DNA of 64,000 nucleotides from Dehalococcoidia bacterium (GTDB taxonomy: Bacteria; Chloroflexota; Dehalococcoidia; GIF9; UBA5629): the NCBI GenBank assembly GCA_050011565.1, contig JBEKIW010000004.1, forward strand, positions 64,001-128,000, in the 5' to 3' direction. This document shows positions 1 through 9,127 of this stretch, in pieces. The notes beneath the pieces were generated by a model. The model was not told where the DNA came from and ran no database searches. It worked only from the letters and a program-made list of their open reading frames with translations. Positions within the stretch are counted from its first letter, which is position 1, and each line of letters starts with the position of its first letter. The translations under genes were made by a program, and so were the position numbers.

Positions 1-430
1 AGCTTAACCCGGATTTGGAGCAATAGATTCCCATACAATTGGGGCCGATCAGTCTAATCTTGCCTTTAGCAATGTCTTTTACCTCGTTTTCTAACTTTTT
101 CCTTTCTGGAAGCCCGGTCTCGCTAAAGCCTGCCGTGAAAATGTGTGCTGTCTTGACACCTTTTTCTATGCACTCGGCCAATACCTTCGGAACTTGCGTT
201 GCCGGGACAGCAATGACAACATAATCGATGTTATCCTGGATATCGAGGATACTGGGGTAGCATTTTTTGCCAGCAAGTTCACTATATCTTGGGTTCACCA
301 GATACAGCTTGTCCCACATCTTCGAGTTCGTTAAAGATTGTGCGAATCCATTATCCGTAGACGCGCCTATTAAGGCAACCGCTCGTGGGTTGAAGATATA
401 TTCAAATTCGACGGCGTCCTGTGTTTTCAT
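1..430 (-). CDS. Acyl-CoA synthetase (ADP-forming) alpha subunit / CoA-binding protein, 3' end beyond the window
   Basis: Not in the ORF track; translated by hand as MKTQDAVEFEYIFNPRAVALIGAS...YLVNP...IDYVVIAVPA...IFTAGFSETG...RLIGPNCMG. GGAGG SD upstream of the ATG at 430. Confidence 0.85.
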   Translation of the reverse strand, partial: MKTQDAVEFEYIFNPRAVALIGASTDNGFAQSLTNSKMWDKLYLVNPRYSELAGKKCYPSILDIQDNIDYVVIAVPATQVPKVLAECIEKGVKTAHIFTAGFSETGLPERKKLENEVKDIAKGKIRLIGPNCMGIYCSKSGLS

Positions 431-564
431 TATTGCCTCCGATACATTTATATCTCAAATTCACAGAGTTATTAGACAGCAGGCAGGCCCAGCTAGGCAA
501 AAAGCGACACACTATTATAGTCCTGATTTTAAATTCATACAATTTGAGAGCCGGAATGCTAAGC

Positions 565-593
565 TTGACTCATCATCGTAGCATTGATAAAAT
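565..593 (+). promoter_or_regulatory. Sigma70-type promoter upstream of thrS
   Basis: TTGACT-17 bp-TAAAAT with TG extended -10. Confidence 0.6.
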
Positions 594-604
594 GCGACTA
601 TTAA

Positions 605-682
605 GGCCGGTTAGCTTAACGATAGGGGACCTTTCCAGTATTGTTTTGTCACTGCCAATTAGTTTACCAGCATTTTTGGTCC
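605..682 (+). pseudogene. Degenerate tRNA-like sequence (tRNA-Val-like 5' half)
   Basis: GGCCGGTTAGCTTAACGATAGGGGACCT resembles the 5' half of a typical tRNA-Val, followed later by GTCACTG. There is no TTCRA T-loop and no anticodon stem. Confidence 0.3.
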
Positions 683-739
683 GTGATTGACCTCTCGCTG
701 ATAAATGGCGCGAGGTTTTTGTTTGATTTAATATAGAAA

Positions 740-2488
740 TTGGAAATGGCTATGGAAGAGAAAGAAGCGAGATTGGAAAAGATGCGGCATTCGGCGGCTC
801 ACGTGATGGCTGAAGCTGTCAAGGCCCTTTTTACGGGAGTTAAATTTGGCATTGGTCCGGCTATTGAGGATGGTTTTTACTATGATTTTGAGCTTCCCCG
901 ACCTCTTGTGCCAGATGATTTGATAGCAATTGAAGCCAAGATGCGAGAGGTAATTACCGGTAATTTTTCTTTTTCTCGAGAGGAGATAGGCAAAGCGAAA
1001 GCACACAAGTTATTTGCCGAGCAGCCTTACAAGTTGGAACTAATTGATGAGCTTTCGGATAAGAAGGTGACAATATATCGCCAGGGCTCTTTTGTCGACT
1101 TGTGCCGTGGTCCTCATGTAAATTCAACCGGCGAGATTAAAGCTTTTAGGCTTACCAGCATTGCCGGAGCCTACTGGCGAGGTGATGAAAGACGCCCCAT
1201 GTTGCAAAGGATTTACGGGGTTGCCTTCGAAACCGATGCTGAGCTAGAGGGTTACCTCGCCCGGTTGGCTGAGGCGGCCAAGAGAGACCACAGGAAGTTG
1301 GGTAAGGAGCTCGACCTATTTAGCCTTCATGAAGAATTCGGCCCGGGATTGGTCCACTGGCACCCTAAAGGTGCTCTGGTTCGCCAGATTATTGAGGATT
1401 TCTGGAAAGCGGAGCACAGGAAACGAGGTTACGAAATCGTTTACACGCCACATATAGCCAAGCTGAATTTGTGGAAAACCAGCGGGCACTGGGACTTTTA
1501 TCGGGAGAATCTGTATTCGCCGATGGACGTGGAGGGACAGGAGTACATTGTCAAACCGATGAACTGCCTGGGGCATATCATGATATACAAGACCCAGTTG
1601 CGGAGTTATCGCAATCTACCCCTTCGCTATGCTGAACTGGGTACGGTTTATCGTTACGAGCGTTCTGGGGTATTGCACGGGCTGGCGCGGGTGCGTGGTT
1701 TCACCCAGGATGACGCTCATATTTTTTGTCGTCCTGATCAGATTGAAGCCGAAGTATCCGAGGCAGTGCGCCTGGCTAGATTTATGATGAAGACCTTTGG
1801 CTTTAATGAGTATGAGCTTCTCCTATCTACACGCCCCGACCATTATGCCGGCACTATTCAGATTTGGGAAGAGGCTACGGAGGCACTGCGAAAGGTACTG
1901 GAAAGCCTTGGCCTTAAGTATACGATAGACCCCGGCGAAGGCGTCTTTTATGGCCCAAAAATCGATGTCAAGCTCAGGGATGCCTTGGGCCGCTTGTGGC
2001 AGGGGCCAACCATTCAAGTCGATTTTAATTTGCCTCAGCGTTTCGATGTCAATTATATTGGTGAGGATGGCCTGGAACATCAAGTGGTTATGGTACATCG
2101 AACCGTTTTGGGAAGTATGGAACGTTTTATGGCCTGCTTGGTCGAAAATTATGCCGGCGCTTTCCCCGTTTGGCTGTCACCAGTTCAGGTGGCTATCATA
2201 CCTATCGCCGACCGTCATCTCAGCTATGCGAACCAGGTGGCGGATGAACTCAGAGAAAATGGCATCCGTGTCCAGGTTGATGCCCGCTCGGAGAGAATGA
2301 ACTTAAAGATAAGAGAGGCGCAATTGATGAAGATCCCTTATATGTTTGTTGTTGGGGATAAAGAAATGGAGGCTTCTCAAGTCTCTCTTCGATTAAGGAG
2401 TGGAGAAGACTCAGGTTTGCTGCCGGTTTCTAAGTTCTTAGATAGAGTTAGACCAATTATTGAAACTAAAGCGCCAGATAAACTTTGA
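740..2488 (+). CDS. thrS: Threonine--tRNA ligase
   Basis: RHSAAH, DLCRGPH, GAYWRGD, KPMNC and FYGPKID motifs. The start may be the ATG at 746 or 752. Confidence 0.98.
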   Translation: MEMAMEEKEARLEKMRHSAAHVMAEAVKALFTGVKFGIGPAIEDGFYYDFELPRPLVPDDLIAIEAKMREVITGNFSFSREEIGKAKAHKLFAEQPYKLELIDELSDKKVTIYRQGSFVDLCRGPHVNSTGEIKAFRLTSIAGAYWRGDERRPMLQRIYGVAFETDAELEGYLARLAEAAKRDHRKLGKELDLFSLHEEFGPGLVHWHPKGALVRQIIEDFWKAEHRKRGYEIVYTPHIAKLNLWKTSGHWDFYRENLYSPMDVEGQEYIVKPMNCLGHIMIYKTQLRSYRNLPLRYAELGTVYRYERSGVLHGLARVRGFTQDDAHIFCRPDQIEAEVSEAVRLARFMMKTFGFNEYELLLSTRPDHYAGTIQIWEEATEALRKVLESLGLKYTIDPGEGVFYGPKIDVKLRDALGRLWQGPTIQVDFNLPQRFDVNYIGEDGLEHQVVMVHRTVLGSMERFMACLVENYAGAFPVWLSPVQVAIIPIADRHLSYANQVADELRENGIRVQVDARSERMNLKIREAQLMKIPYMFVVGDKEMEASQVSLRLRSGEDSGLLPVSKFLDRVRPIIETKAPDKL

Positions 2489-2555
2489 TTTCATCTCGTG
2501 AATATGGTATATTTTTGCTCGATGGTTCCCTTCGTGTAAGGAGGTGAGGAGAAAC

Positions 2556-3104
2556 ATAGTCAAGGAATTACGCGTTAATCGACAAATTAGGTCTAAGGAG
2601 GTTCGACTTATAGGGGAGACAGGCGCACAGATGGGAGTATTTCCTGTTGAGAAGGCGTTACAGATGGCTAGTGAACGCAGTCTTGACCTGGTAGAGGTGG
2701 CGTCAAATTCAGTTCCTCCTGTATGTCGAATTCTTGACTATGGTAGGTACAGATACGAGCAGACCAAAAAGGAGCGTAAAGCCCGCAAAAGTCAGAGAAA
2801 TATTGTACTCAAGGAGATCAGAATCAGGCCTCGGGTGAAGGAACATGACCTCGATACCAAAATTAAGATAGCGCGGAAATTATTGGAGGATGGCGATAAA
2901 GTAAAGGTATTTGTGGTTTTTCGAGGGCGTGAGTTTACGCATCCTGAACTTGGTTTGAAACTTCTCAGAAAAGTGGCGGATGATTTGAAAGATATAGCGA
3001 TGTTTGATGGCGCTCCGTCTTCAGCGGACCGTTTTATGAGCCTGGTGCTGTCACCGAGTTCAAGTAAACACATTAAGAAACCAGCTATAGAGGAGAAAGT
3101 ATAA
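2556..3104 (+). CDS. infC: Translation initiation factor IF-3 (probable ATA start)
   Basis: RVNRQIR..EVRLI, DLVEVA..PPVCRILDYG, KVKV..FRGRE motifs. The SD AAGGAGGTGA overlaps the track's GTG at 2544, which favours the in-frame ATA at 2556. Confidence 0.95.
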   Translation: MVKELRVNRQIRSKEVRLIGETGAQMGVFPVEKALQMASERSLDLVEVASNSVPPVCRILDYGRYRYEQTKKERKARKSQRNIVLKEIRIRPRVKEHDLDTKIKIARKLLEDGDKVKVFVVFRGREFTHPELGLKLLRKVADDLKDIAMFDGAPSSADRFMSLVLSPSSSKHIKKPAIEEKV

Positions 3105-3308
3105 TTGCCGAAGCTTAAGACACATAAAGGGGCCCAGAGTCGATTGCACATCACCGGCACGGGCAAAATAATGCGAGTTAAAGTTGGTAAAAGCCATTTA
3201 AGGCGTAAGAAACCGGCCAGGACCAAGCGTCTTTATGACGAGATGATTCCGGTTCAACCTGCTGATAAGGTTAGATTGAAGAAACTACTGCCTTACGGCA
3301 TTAAATAG
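3105..3308 (+). CDS. rpmI: 50S ribosomal protein L35
   Basis: MPKLKTHKGA...SHLRRKK; TTG start; sits between infC and rplT. Confidence 0.96.
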   Translation: MPKLKTHKGAQSRLHITGTGKIMRVKVGKSHLRRKKPARTKRLYDEMIPVQPADKVRLKKLLPYGIK

Positions 3309-3323
3309 ATTAGGAGGAATTGA

Positions 3324-3683
3324 TTGCCACGAGTTAAAGGCGGAATAGTCACCCATCGAAGACATAAAAAAGTATTAAAGTTAACAAAAGGGCATAAGGC
3401 TACCAGGCATTCTCTATTTCGACGTGCTCACGAGTCAATGTTGCATGCTTTATCTTATGCCTATAGGCATCGCCGAGAGCGAAAGGGTGATATGAGGCGG
3501 TTGTGGATTGTAAGGATAAATGCTGCTGCCCGTGCTGAAGGGCTTTCTTACAGCCAGTTTATGGACGGGCTGAGAAAGGCCAATGTGGAAATCAACCGTA
3601 AAGCCTTGGCAGACATGGCAGTAAATGACCCGTCCAGCTTCTCCACGTTACTTTCGCTAGCTTCATCCAAAATTAAGAGCTAA
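3324..3683 (+). CDS. rplT: 50S ribosomal protein L20
   Basis: MPRVKGG...[24 protein letters not shown]. Confidence 0.98.
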   Translation: MPRVKGGIVTHRRHKKVLKLTKGHKATRHSLFRRAHESMLHALSYAYRHRRERKGDMRRLWIVRINAAARAEGLSYSQFMDGLRKANVEINRKALADMAVNDPSSFSTLLSLASSKIKS

Positions 3684-3706
3684 AATCACCCTCACGTAGT
3701 GAGAAT

Positions 3707-4744
3707 ATGCTAAATCAAGTTGAAGAGCTTGCCTCTAAAGCTCTTGATGAGCTAGCTAAAGTCACCAATGTCAATGAGATTGAAGCGTGGCGAATCCGTT
3801 ATTTAGGCAGAAAAAGTAATTTAATACATATTCTGCGTTCGTTGGCAACTGTGCCAATAAATGAAAGGCGTGAAGTCGGAGCCCGAGCCAACGAACTAAA
3901 GAAATCTCTGGAAACCGCTTTTGAAGAGAAGAAGGTTGATTTAGAAAGCGATTCAGCCCTTCTCACCGGGCGTGAGACTTTAGATGTCACCTTACCCGGT
4001 CAGCAAATTCCCCTGGGCCGTCTCCATCCAACAACTCAAATACTTGAGGAGATTTGTGACATTTTTAGCAGCATGGGTTTTCAAGTAGTGGAAGGGCCGG
4101 AGGTAGAATGGGACTATTATAATTTCGAAGCCCTCAACATGCCGGCAGACCATCCGGCACGTGATATGTTTGCTACATTATGGGTGGACTTTGAGACTAA
4201 AACCGGCGACAGACCTATGCTCTTGAGGACTCACACTTCTCCAGTCCAGATAAGAGTAATGGAGAAAACACCTCCACCGATCAGAATAATAGCACCGGGG
4301 CGAGTTTATAGATACGAAGCCACAGATGCCACGCACGAGTGGATGTTTTATCAAGTTGAGGGGTTGGCAGTCGATAGAAACATAACCCTGGCCGACTTAA
4401 AAGGAACATTGTTTGAATTTGCTCGCCGCCTTTTTGGCGAGGACAGGAAATGTCGTTTTCGTTGTGATTACTTTCCTTTCGTAGAACCTGGCGTTGAGGT
4501 GGCTATTGATTGTCTGGTGTGTCATGGTGCTGGATGCAGGCTGTGCGACAATAGCGGCTGGATTGAAATTCTGGGTGCGGGGATGGTGCATCCCGAAGTT
4601 CTTCGACGCCTTGGTATTGACCCTCAGATTTATTCAGGTTTCGCCTTCGGTATGGGGGTGGAGCGTATTCCTATTCTTCGCTACGGCATAGATGACATTC
4701 GCCTTTTTTATGGTAACGACCTCAGGTTTCTGAAGCAGTTTTGA
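3707..4744 (+). CDS. pheS: Phenylalanine--tRNA ligase alpha subunit
   Basis: HPARDM, LRTHTS, FPFVEP and [10 protein letters not shown] motifs. Confidence 0.98.
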   Translation: MLNQVEELASKALDELAKVTNVNEIEAWRIRYLGRKSNLIHILRSLATVPINERREVGARANELKKSLETAFEEKKVDLESDSALLTGRETLDVTLPGQQIPLGRLHPTTQILEEICDIFSSMGFQVVEGPEVEWDYYNFEALNMPADHPARDMFATLWVDFETKTGDRPMLLRTHTSPVQIRVMEKTPPPIRIIAPGRVYRYEATDATHEWMFYQVEGLAVDRNITLADLKGTLFEFARRLFGEDRKCRFRCDYFPFVEPGVEVAIDCLVCHGAGCRLCDNSGWIEILGAGMVHPEVLRRLGIDPQIYSGFAFGMGVERIPILRYGIDDIRLFYGNDLRFLKQF

Positions 4745-4769
4745 GTCTATTTATTGCCGAGACCTTAAT

Positions 4770-7175
4770 ATGAAAGTTTCACTTCGCTGGCTAAAAGAAT
4801 ACGTCGACTTTTCACTGCCGGTTGAGGAGTTGTCTGAACGGCTGACCATGGCAGGGTTAGAAGTTGGTGAGACAAAGGTAATTGGTGTAAATTGGGATAA
4901 CATAGTAGTTGGCAAGATAATCGATGTTAATCCACATCCAAATGCCGACCGGCTGAAATTAGTAACCGTAGATTTAGGCAAACAGCATTCCACCGTGGTC
5001 TGCGGCGCACCTAACGTGGCCGTTGGTGACAAGGTGGCTTTTGCCCGGGTTGGAGCTCAACTCATAGATGGTCATAGCGGCGAAATGGTGCAATTAAAGC
5101 CAGCCAAGATTCGGGGCATTGTTTCTGAAGGGATGGTCTGCTCTGAGAAAGAATTGGGGATTTCTGACAGTCATGAAGGTATTATGATTCTTCCCGGAGA
5201 AGCGATTATTGGTACTCCTTTGTCTGAATATATTGGCGATACGATTCTTGACCTTGACATAACGCCAAACCGCCCCGATTGTCTATCCGTGATTGGTATC
5301 GCCAGGGAGATAGCGGCTCTAACGGGAAGCAAGATGAACGTTCCCGAAATTCATTACAATGAGTCGGAAAGAGCGGTAGATTCCTATGCCGCTGTGCAAA
5401 TAGTCGAACCGAACTTGTGTCCCAGGTATTGTGCCAGCTTGATGGCTGATATCAAGGTAACTGAATCGCCGCAGTGGATGCAAGGAAGGCTGTTAGCTTG
5501 CGGTATGCGTCCCATTAATAATATCGTTGATGTTACCAACTATGTGATGCTGGAATACGGTCAGCCGCTTCATGCCTTCGACTTCAACGAGATACGCGGT
5601 AAACAGATTATCATACGCCGAGCTGCAAATGGTGAAGCCATAACTACGTTGGACGGGGTACAGAGGACTCTCAACTCGAATATACTGGTGATTGCCGACA
5701 AAGAGAGAGCCATCGCTATTGCCGGTATAATGGGAGGAGCAGATTCTGAAGTTACAGAGAATACTACAACTGTTCTGATAGAGTCGGCGAATTTCAATCA
5801 GGCTGTTATTCATCGAGGAAGCCTTGGCCTCCGGCTGAGCAGTGAAGCATCGCTACGTTTTGAGAAAGGTCTTAGCCGAGACTTACCGCTAATAGCATTG
5901 AAACGGGCTACACAATTGTTGGCGGAGCTGGCTCAGGGCAAAGTGGCCAAAGGCATTATCGATGTTTATCCTGGCAAACAGCAGAAGGAGCCTATATTTT
6001 TTCCTGTCTCTGATGTTAGACGCCTTCTCGGAGTGGAGTTAAAGGCAGGCGACGCATGCAAGACTTTGGAGCTACTTGGGTTTGGTTGTCGACAAGTGGA
6101 ATATAATTCGCAACTTCAAGTAGTGGTCCCCTGGTGGCGCACGGACGTAAATTGCACTGCCGATTTGGTTGAAGAGATAGCTCGCATTATAGGTTATGAT
6201 AAAATCCCGACTACTATGCTGAGTGCCACGTTGTCAAGGTACGAGCCAGTGCCGATGCTGCATCTCAGACGACAACTGCGTAATATCCTTATCAGTTGTG
6301 GTTTTCAGGAAGTACTTACCTATTCCTTGACCAGTTTAGAGATGTTGGGGATGCTTTCACCAGAGCTTCGTTTAATAGGCCCCAATCCGATGAAGGTGGC
6401 TAATCCGATGTCCAGAGAGCAAGAATATCTTAGGACCAGTCTAAGGGCTGGCCCGCTATCAGTTCTAGCTCGCAATGAAAGATATGAAGAGAACGGCATA
6501 AGACTTTTTGAGATTGGCAAGGTCTTTATGCCCAGGGAAATGGATTTGCCTGAAGAACACGAGATGCTTTGCGCTGTACTTAGTGGTTCCCAGCGCAGCT
6601 TATCCTGGCGCGGCGAAGAAGAGCCGGTTGATTTCTTCGTTGCCAAGGGAGTGGCAGAAACCATTTTATCACGGTTAGGAGTAGGGGTGAGATTTGAGTC
6701 AAGTCAAGACGAAAGCCTATTCCCCGGCAGAATCGCTGATATAGTGGTCGAAACCCATAAATTGGGTACAGTTGGGGAACTGCACCCTAAAGTATCAAAA
6801 GCATTTGGAATTTCCGGGACTGCTTATCTTATTGAAATCGATTTGGATAAATTATCATCCTTTACGGTCACTCTCAAAACATTTCAAGCCATCCCTCGAT
6901 ATCCGAGCACAAGTAGAGATATTGCGCTGCTGGTAGATGAAAAAGTAACATATCAACAGATTTGTTTCATCATCCAGAGCTTTTCTCTAGTAAGCTCGGT
7001 TGTCCTTTTCGACTTCTATTTGGGAAAACAGGTGCCAGCGGGTAAGAAATCGCTGGCTTTCAGAATCGTTTACCAATCATCGACTCATACCTTGACCGAT
7101 GGTGAAGTCGACGAAGTCCAGCAGCAAATTATCGATAAGCTGCAGCGCGAATTAGGGGCCGTTTTGAGGAGTTGA
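4770..7175 (+). CDS. pheT: Phenylalanine--tRNA ligase beta subunit
   Basis: HPNADRL, VCGAPN, TPNRPDCLS and RFEKG motifs; C-terminal FDX-ACB domain. Confidence 0.98.
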   Translation: MKVSLRWLKEYVDFSLPVEELSERLTMAGLEVGETKVIGVNWDNIVVGKIIDVNPHPNADRLKLVTVDLGKQHSTVVCGAPNVAVGDKVAFARVGAQLIDGHSGEMVQLKPAKIRGIVSEGMVCSEKELGISDSHEGIMILPGEAIIGTPLSEYIGDTILDLDITPNRPDCLSVIGIAREIAALTGSKMNVPEIHYNESERAVDSYAAVQIVEPNLCPRYCASLMADIKVTESPQWMQGRLLACGMRPINNIVDVTNYVMLEYGQPLHAFDFNEIRGKQIIIRRAANGEAITTLDGVQRTLNSNILVIADKERAIAIAGIMGGADSEVTENTTTVLIESANFNQAVIHRGSLGLRLSSEASLRFEKGLSRDLPLIALKRATQLLAELAQGKVAKGIIDVYPGKQQKEPIFFPVSDVRRLLGVELKAGDACKTLELLGFGCRQVEYNSQLQVVVPWWRTDVNCTADLVEEIARIIGYDKIPTTMLSATLSRYEPVPMLHLRRQLRNILISCGFQEVLTYSLTSLEMLGMLSPELRLIGPNPMKVANPMSREQEYLRTSLRAGPLSVLARNERYEENGIRLFEIGKVFMPREMDLPEEHEMLCAVLSGSQRSLSWRGEEEPVDFFVAKGVAETILSRLGVGVRFESSQDESLFPGRIADIVVETHKLGTVGELHPKVSKAFGISGTAYLIEIDLDKLSSFTVTLKTFQAIPRYPSTSRDIALLVDEKVTYQQICFIIQSFSLVSSVVLFDFYLGKQVPAGKKSLAFRIVYQSSTHTLTDGEVDEVQQQIIDKLQRELGAVLRS

Positions 7176-7282
7176 TTTATCGGTGACAGAAGTCTTCAAA
7201 AATTTTCTCTAATAAGCGAAAATTTTGATTTGATTTGCGTTATAATTGGATGTGATTATTTACAGGAAAGGGGTAGACAAGC

Positions 7283-9034
7283 GTGAAAACTAAAGTTTTC
7301 GCTCCGGTTTTATGCCTGGCTTTGCTTTTGACTATTTGTTTGGTAAGTCCTGTTCAGGCTGCAGCGGCAATGGCTCCTAATACTGGTGTGGTTGGGGCTA
7401 CGGTGACCGTATCGGGACTGTTAAAAGGTACTTATTCTATTAAATGGGACAGCGTGGGAATCAAGAGTGGCAATCTATCTGGAGATGGTAGCGTCAGCTT
7501 CACAGTGCCTGATACCGCCGGAGGTAATCATATAGTTACAGTAGACAATCCGACTGGTACTCAGGTATTGTCTGATACTTTCTCTGTTCTTCCGTCTCTA
7601 AGTGTCAGTCCAGATTCAGGTGTAGTCGGTGATGAAATCACTGTCAGCGGTAAGGGCTTCTTAGTCAGCGAAAACAACATTGTAGTTTCTTACGATGGCA
7701 CAAGTGTGAAGACAGGAATCGCGGCCGGTAATACGGGCTCGTGGGAAACAACTTTTTCCTTGCCAGCCTCTGCAAAAGGAAGTCGCACGGTCGATGCATC
7801 GGGGCAAACTACCAAGGCAAGTGACGTTCCCGATGTCACCGTGACCATAAATCCCACCATCAGTATGACTCCTGTATCAGGTAATGTTGGCACCTCAGTT
7901 ACCGTTAGCGGTACCGGCTTTGGCAAGAGTGAAGAAAGCATTCAAGTTACCTACGATGGTGCCAGTGCTAAGACCGGGCTCAGTGCCGACACCAAAGGGT
8001 CTTGGAGTGCTGTCTTCAATATTCCTAACTCAACCAAAGGCGGGCATACAATAGACGCCTCGGGTGCTTCCACAAATGCCGGTGATGTTCCGGATCTCAC
8101 TTTTATCGTGTCTTCGGCCGTGACTGTTAAGCCCGCGTCCGGATCTGTAGGTGATGCTATCACCGTCGCCGGCTGCGGTTTCGGCGGGAGTGAAAGCGGC
8201 ATTACAATAACGCTTGACGGTAACATTGTCAAGAGCGATATCGTAGCTAATAGCGAAGGATGCTGGAACTCATCTATGACAGTACCGTCAACTACCGCAG
8301 GCAATCATGTGATAGATGCCTATGGCGCTTCAACCACGGCCTCTGAAGTTGCGGATACTAAGTTGGTTGTTTTGTCCAAGATGACTCTGGAGCCTGCTGA
8401 GGGCCATGTGGGCAGTAATATAGCGATAAACGGTGCTGGTTTCGGAGCAGGTAAAGTGGTGACTCTTAAATATGACAGTACTGCCCTGGTTAACGAATAC
8501 ACCACCGATGATAAAGGCAATTTTCAGGCGAGCCTGGTAGCTCCTAAAAGTCCTGGCGGTAAGCATAACTTAACTGCTACCGATGCCGGCGGCGCCTCAG
8601 CCACAGCAGTTTTCAATATGGAAACAACTCCACCGTCAGTGCCACAAATTGTGTCGCCGAAGGAAGGCAGCAGGGTAGGCCTTTTCGACCGTATTACTGC
8701 TACTTTTGAGTGGGCTGCTGTTTCTGACCCCAGCGGTGTTAGCTACAGCTTGCAGATATCTACTCAATCTGATTTTGCAACTACGCTGCTGAGTAAGGAA
8801 AACCTGGCTGAGCCTAAGTATACTTTGACTGATGAGGAGGCTTTATCGCGAGGAAAATATTATTGGCGAGTTAAAGCTATAGATGGCGCCAGTAATGATA
8901 GCGGCTGGGCTCAGTCCATAGAATTTAAAGCCGGGCTAATGCCTCTATGGGCATTCATACTTATCGTCATCGTTGCCGCCCTTTTCTTGACTCGTTTGTT
9001 TTTCTTTGTGCGTAATATGAGAAAGGAACACTAG
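7283..9034 (+). CDS. Secreted, C-terminally membrane-anchored protein with repeated IPT/TIG-like Ig domains
   Basis: Signal peptide; repeated P.SG.VG..(I/V)TV.G.GF units; FN3-like YYWRVKAID; C-terminal TM helix plus basic tail. Confidence 0.8.
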   Translation: MKTKVFAPVLCLALLLTICLVSPVQAAAAMAPNTGVVGATVTVSGLLKGTYSIKWDSVGIKSGNLSGDGSVSFTVPDTAGGNHIVTVDNPTGTQVLSDTFSVLPSLSVSPDSGVVGDEITVSGKGFLVSENNIVVSYDGTSVKTGIAAGNTGSWETTFSLPASAKGSRTVDASGQTTKASDVPDVTVTINPTISMTPVSGNVGTSVTVSGTGFGKSEESIQVTYDGASAKTGLSADTKGSWSAVFNIPNSTKGGHTIDASGASTNAGDVPDLTFIVSSAVTVKPASGSVGDAITVAGCGFGGSESGITITLDGNIVKSDIVANSEGCWNSSMTVPSTTAGNHVIDAYGASTTASEVADTKLVVLSKMTLEPAEGHVGSNIAINGAGFGAGKVVTLKYDSTALVNEYTTDDKGNFQASLVAPKSPGGKHNLTATDAGGASATAVFNMETTPPSVPQIVSPKEGSRVGLFDRITATFEWAAVSDPSGVSYSLQISTQSDFATTLLSKENLAEPKYTLTDEEALSRGKYYWRVKAIDGASNDSGWAQSIEFKAGLMPLWAFILIVIVAALFLTRLFFFVRNMRKEH

Positions 9035-9127
9035 AGATCGTTTCGCCGGGCAGGTTTATTTTTCTTAAAGTTGGTTAGTTTTGTCGGCAAAGAATAGGTC
9101 TGAGCAGCGTGTAAAAACGAGCGTGCC

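Noticed and set aside
39-690. Short plus-strand ORFs at the window start
   Set aside because: Shadows of the real minus-strand CoA-binding gene and of the promoter region.
600-740. T-box riboswitch upstream of thrS
   Set aside because: No GGTGGNACCGCG T-box or recognisable specifier stem, and the leader is short.
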